Positions 60,577 through 64,000 of a stretch of 64,000 bases of DNA are shown one piece after another. Origin of the DNA: an uncultured bacterium. Lineage in GTDB: Bacteria; Hydrothermota; UBA3073; NMUJ01; CBEVQO01. The stretch is from the NCBI GenBank assembly GCA_965552055.1, contig CBEVQO010000005.1, positions 116,122 to 180,121 on the forward strand. The letters run 5' to 3'. The notes below the pieces were generated by a model that was not told the origin of the DNA, did not search any database, and saw nothing but the letters and a program-made list of their open reading frames with translations. Both the position numbers and the translations under genes were made by a program. Each line of letters begins with the position of its first letter. Within the stretch, counting starts at the first letter, position 1.

Positions 60577-61871
60577 GGATAGCACTGATATATCCGAATC
60601 GTTATGCGAAATATAATGTGAAAGAGAGGGAGTTTTATAGAGTGCCCCCTTATAATCTTCTGGTTCTTGCTGGATTGACTCCCCGGGATTTTGAAATTGA
60701 GATAATAGATGAGCGTTATGAAAAAATAAATTTTGATAAGAAATATGACCTTGTGGGCATTACCGCACTTACCTGCAATGCACCCCGTGCTTATGAGATA
60801 GCTTCAGAATTTCGTCACAGGGGCGTGAAAGTAATTCTTGGTGGCATTCATCCCACTTTTTTACCTTATGAAGCCATAAAATATGCAGATAGTGTTGTGC
60901 TGGGTGAAGCGGAATCTATCTGGCGTGAAGTTTTGCAGGATGCACAGAGAGGTAAATTACGCAAGTTTTATAAGGGAAAACTCTGTGATTTGAAGGATAC
61001 TCCTTTCCCAAGATGGGACCTTCTCAAGAAATTAAAAAGGTATGTCTTTTTTGTTCAGGCAACAAGAGGTTGTCCCAATAACTGCAAATTCTGTTCTGTG
61101 CCGAAATTTTCGGGAAGAAGATTAAGGGTTAAACCTATTGAAAAGATAGTTGAAGAGATTAAAAAATTTGGTAAAAAATTTGTTATCTTTGTAGATGACA
61201 ATATTTTTGCCAGAAAAGAATATGCTTTTAAACTTTTCAAAGCTTTAAAATCATTGAGAATAAAGTGGGGAGGCGAAGCATCTATCAATACGCTGTGTAA
61301 TTTTGATTTAATAAAGGAGGCAGCAAAAAGTGGCTGTAAGGCGCTTTTTGTTGGTCTTGAAACGATAAAGCAAAAATCCCTTGAATTTTTAAATAAAACT
61401 TTCAATGCTTTGATAGATTTTAAAAAGTTAGTTGAAGTTTTGCATAGAAATGGGATAGCGGTTATTGCATCGATGATGTTTGGTCTTGACCATGATGATG
61501 CTGGGATTTTTCGTCGCACTGTTAATTTTCTTGATGAAGCAAAAGTTGATGCTGCGATATTTTCAATATTAACGCCACTGCCTGGCACCGATTTATTTGA
61601 GCAGTTTCAGAAGGAAGGTAGAATTTTGCACTATGACTGGTCGAAATATGATGCACTTCACTGTGTTTTTAAACCGAAAAGAATGACAAAAGAGCAGCTT
61701 GAAAATGGCTTAAAGTTTGTGTATAGGGAATTTTATTCGCCGTTGCGTGTGCTGAAAAGGATACCCCGTATGTTGAAAGTTTGTCCCTTTATGATACCTG
61801 TTAATATAGGTTATATGATAGGTGCGAGGCGGGGCATCTGTCCTGACTGGCGTAAAAAAATCCCCAGGTGA
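60573..61871 (+). CDS. B12-binding domain radical SAM protein
   Basis: GGIHPT, GEAE, TRGCPNNCKFC, FVDDN, GLET, TPLPGT. Confidence 0.9.
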   Translation: MRIALIYPNRYAKYNVKEREFYRVPPYNLLVLAGLTPRDFEIEIIDERYEKINFDKKYDLVGITALTCNAPRAYEIASEFRHRGVKVILGGIHPTFLPYEAIKYADSVVLGEAESIWREVLQDAQRGKLRKFYKGKLCDLKDTPFPRWDLLKKLKRYVFFVQATRGCPNNCKFCSVPKFSGRRLRVKPIEKIVEEIKKFGKKFVIFVDDNIFARKEYAFKLFKALKSLRIKWGGEASINTLCNFDLIKEAAKSGCKALFVGLETIKQKSLEFLNKTFNALIDFKKLVEVLHRNGIAVIASMMFGLDHDDAGIFRRTVNFLDEAKVDAAIFSILTPLPGTDLFEQFQKEGRILHYDWSKYDALHCVFKPKRMTKEQLENGLKFVYREFYSPLRVLKRIPRMLKVCPFMIPVNIGYMIGARRGICPDWRKKIPR

Positions 61872-63118
61872 AAGTATTAGTTGCTACAGGGATAGAGCCA
61901 GATTTATCAGGAGGTACTCAAAGGCGTTTGTATTATCTTATTGAGAAGATGAGGGAAAGGTTTGATGTTGATATTTTTTTATTGCGAGGGCGTAGCCCGA
62001 GCCAATTACAAATGGGTTGTGAGTCAACGCCCCGAGCAAGGCACTCTATTTTTGTAGCGGATGCAGGCTGGTTTATTCGACTTATTACGGGCAGGAGGTT
62101 AAAAAGCCACAGCGAAGTCAAGGCTGTGCCTTGCGAGGGGCGTGCACGAGGGCGGTGGGGACAGGGAGGTGGGGCAAATATTTTTTATAAGATATGCTTT
62201 CCTTTTAGAATAAACTGGAATTTATTGGAAAATTTTTGTAAAAGATTGCAAAAAAGGGATTTTGATGTTTTATTTTGTGTTAAGATTTTGCCTTATTTTT
62301 ACTGGTTGATGTGTGAGAAATATCCTTTGAATAGGGATTATAAAGTTGTTATCGATGAAGGTGCTCTCTTTTTTCTTTATTATTACAGATTGTATTTGTA
62401 TCATCCTGATTTTTATCAGAGGATTTTGAATTATTTAAGATTTTTGAGATTATATTTTTTTACCCGTAAATTTTTGAAGTATTGTGATTTTGTGACTTAT
62501 GTGAGTGAGGTTGAGCGTGAATGGTTGTGCCGGCTGGGCTATTCGGGTAAAGGTGTGTATTTACCGAATTATATTGATGTTGATGCTATTCCTTTTTTGC
62601 CAGTTTCTAATTGTAATATTCTGCTACTAGGACCTTTTGATTATTATCCCAATTATCATTCTTTGTGGTGGTTTTTTAATAGAGTTTTTCCTTTGTTGCG
62701 TGAGATGGGATATAGGGGTGAGATTTTTGTTGTTGGCAGGTGTGTGCCACGCTGGTGTTATTCTTTTTCTGATAGATTTAAGGGGATAAAGGTTTTGGGC
62801 TGGGTATCTGATTTATCTTCTGTTTATTCTCGCTGTGGTATTTTTGTTTTGCCTGTGTGGTGTGGAGGGGGACAAAGGACGAAGCTTCTGGAAGCGATGG
62901 CTTATGGCAAGGCGTGTATTGTGAGTGTTAAAGGCAAAGAAGGGGTATTTGCAAGGGATGGAGTTGAGTTTTTTGTTGCACACAATGAGAGGGAATTTGC
63001 AGAAAGAGTAATGTATTTGTGTAAGAGGAAGGAATTGATTAAGATAGTGGGTGAAAATGCCCGCAAGTTTGTTGATAAACATTTTTCTTTGAGAAATCTT
63101 GATTTGAAATTTTTATAA
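61868..63118 (+). CDS. Glycosyltransferase family 4 carrying an in-frame repeat-element insert
   Basis: VSEVE, PN, YYPN, GGGQRTKLLEAMAYG. Residues ~38-105 are encoded by the element. Confidence 0.85.
   Translation: MKVLVATGIEPDLSGGTQRRLYYLIEKMRERFDVDIFLLRGRSPSQLQMGCESTPRARHSIFVADAGWFIRLITGRRLKSHSEVKAVPCEGRARGRWGQGGGANIFYKICFPFRINWNLLENFCKRLQKRDFDVLFCVKILPYFYWLMCEKYPLNRDYKVVIDEGALFFLYYYRLYLYHPDFYQRILNYLRFLRLYFFTRKFLKYCDFVTYVSEVEREWLCRLGYSGKGVYLPNYIDVDAIPFLPVSNCNILLLGPFDYYPNYHSLWWFFNRVFPLLREMGYRGEIFVVGRCVPRWCYSFSDRFKGIKVLGWVSDLSSVYSRCGIFVLPVWCGGGQRTKLLEAMAYGKACIVSVKGKEGVFARDGVEFFVAHNEREFAERVMYLCKRKELIKIVGENARKFVDKHFSLRNLDLKFL
61980..62177 (+). mobile_element. GC-rich structured repeat element, short copy inserted in frame
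   Basis: Homologous to the reverse complement of 9011-9340. Flanked by ATATTTTTT at 61971 and 62178, 207 bp (69 codons) apart. Confidence 0.8.
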
Positions 63119-63119
63119 C

Positions 63120-63146
63120 TTGACAAATTTTATTTTCATTTATAAT
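63120..63146 (+). promoter_or_regulatory. Promoter TTGACA-N15-TATAAT, 5 nt upstream of ATG 63152
   Basis: ttgaca aattttattttcatt tataat. Confidence 0.75.
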
Positions 63147-63151
63147 CAGTG

Positions 63152-63859
63152 ATGGGTGGAAGTGCGGAGGAAAAGTTTTGGGAGGCGTTGAGGAGATTGA
63201 TAGAGAGGCAGGAGCAGAATGAGAAAGCGATAGAGAAACTGCGAGAAAGGCAGGAGAAGACAGACGAACAGTTAAGGGATACAGACAGAAAGATTGAAAA
63301 ATTACGCGAAAGGCAGGAGAAAACGGATGAACAGTTAAGGAAGACGGATGAACAATTGAGGAAAACAGACGAAGGGATGAAAGAATTACAAAGGCTCATT
63401 AAGGATTTATCGAACAATGTAGGTGGTCTTAATCGCTCGTTTGGCAAGATACCCGAAGCATTGAGCGAGCCACAGGTTGAAGAAAAGTTTGAAGAAGCAG
63501 GATTTAGGGTGCTTGGTGCATATCCCAATATATGGGGCAAATACAACGATAAGAAAAAAGAGATTGACCTCCTGATAAAGGCAAAGCGTAAGGGTAAATC
63601 TTATATAATCGTGGTTGAAACCCAGGTGCAGTTCAGAGCCAAAAAGGAAATAGATGATTTTATCGGATTTTTGAAAAAAGATTTCAGGAAATATTTTGAC
63701 GAATATGCAGGGATGAAAGTAATAGGTTGCGTCTGTGCACTTAAATTTAGCAGAGGAGTTGATGAATATGCGATGGAAAAAGGTTTATACTGCATGAAAC
63801 CGGTAAAGGGCATAATGGGATTAGTAAATCCAAAAAACTTCAAACCTGAAGAATTTTGA
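63152..63859 (+). CDS. Heptad-repeat coiled-coil protein with C-terminal PD-(D/E)xK-like domain (DUF3782-like)
   Basis: KTDEQLR repeats, G...E, EIDLL...IVVETQ. Confidence 0.75.
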   Translation: MGGSAEEKFWEALRRLIERQEQNEKAIEKLRERQEKTDEQLRDTDRKIEKLRERQEKTDEQLRKTDEQLRKTDEGMKELQRLIKDLSNNVGGLNRSFGKIPEALSEPQVEEKFEEAGFRVLGAYPNIWGKYNDKKKEIDLLIKAKRKGKSYIIVVETQVQFRAKKEIDDFIGFLKKDFRKYFDEYAGMKVIGCVCALKFSRGVDEYAMEKGLYCMKPVKGIMGLVNPKNFKPEEF

Positions 63860-63861
63860 AA

Positions 63862-64000
63862 ATGAACGCAGAAGAAAAATTCTGGGAAGCATTGAGGAGA
63901 TTATCGGAAGAAATCGATAGATTAAAAGAATCGCAAAAGAAAACTGATGAACAATTGAGGAAAACGGATGAAGGGATGAAAGAATTACAAAGGCTCATTA
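63862..64000 (+). CDS. Tandem paralog of the preceding coiled-coil protein, runs off the window edge
   Basis: MNAEEKFWEALRRLSEEIDRLKESQKKTDEQLRKTDEGMKELQRLI; the last ~50 nt are nearly identical to 63347-63401. Confidence 0.8.
   Translation, partial: MNAEEKFWEALRRLSEEIDRLKESQKKTDEQLRKTDEGMKELQRLI

Noticed and set aside
62023..62140. Element as IscB omegaRNA/HEARO (GTCAAC.CCCC resemblance) or a complete attC site
   Set aside because: Only a short motif resembles these. There is no adjacent IscB/TnpB ORF and no paired R''/R' arms, so I left it unassigned pending covariance-model searches.
63136..63546. Antisense ORF with CSSVF repeats, and other short overlapping ORFs in the track
   Set aside because: They are shadow frames of well-supported genes on the opposite strand or in another frame.

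Overview
AT-rich, gene-dense bacterial chromosome segment. Lys/Glu-rich proteins, HdrABC-MvhD, ApgM, LptE/Mla and FlgD-Ig/T9SS-like C-terminal domains point to a thermophilic, anaerobic diderm, plausibly WOR-3-like (inference only). It encodes central metabolism (pckA, gdhA, apgM, glyA, rpiB, fabD), TldD/TldE, archease-nfi, an hdrA(L)-mvhD-hydrogenase protease-hdrC-hdrB operon, Mla lipid transport, large exported repeat proteins and a Wzm/Wzt glycan locus with methyl- and sulfotransferases. I saw no rRNA, tRNA, CRISPR array or transposase. The main unexplained signals are: (1) a GC-rich structured repeat element (covarying hairpin at one end, G-quadruplex motif at the other), present intergenically at 9.0-9.3 kb, as a 207-bp in-frame insert in a glycosyltransferase gene at 62 kb, and probably as a 39-bp remnant at 1.8 kb; (2) TTGACA-N15-TATAAT-type promoters with a 15-bp rather than 17-bp spacer at about 17 sites, most placed to give leaderless mRNAs; (3) strong enrichment of the D-(S/T)-hydrophobic O-glycosylation sequon in exported proteins. 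All counts were made by hand.
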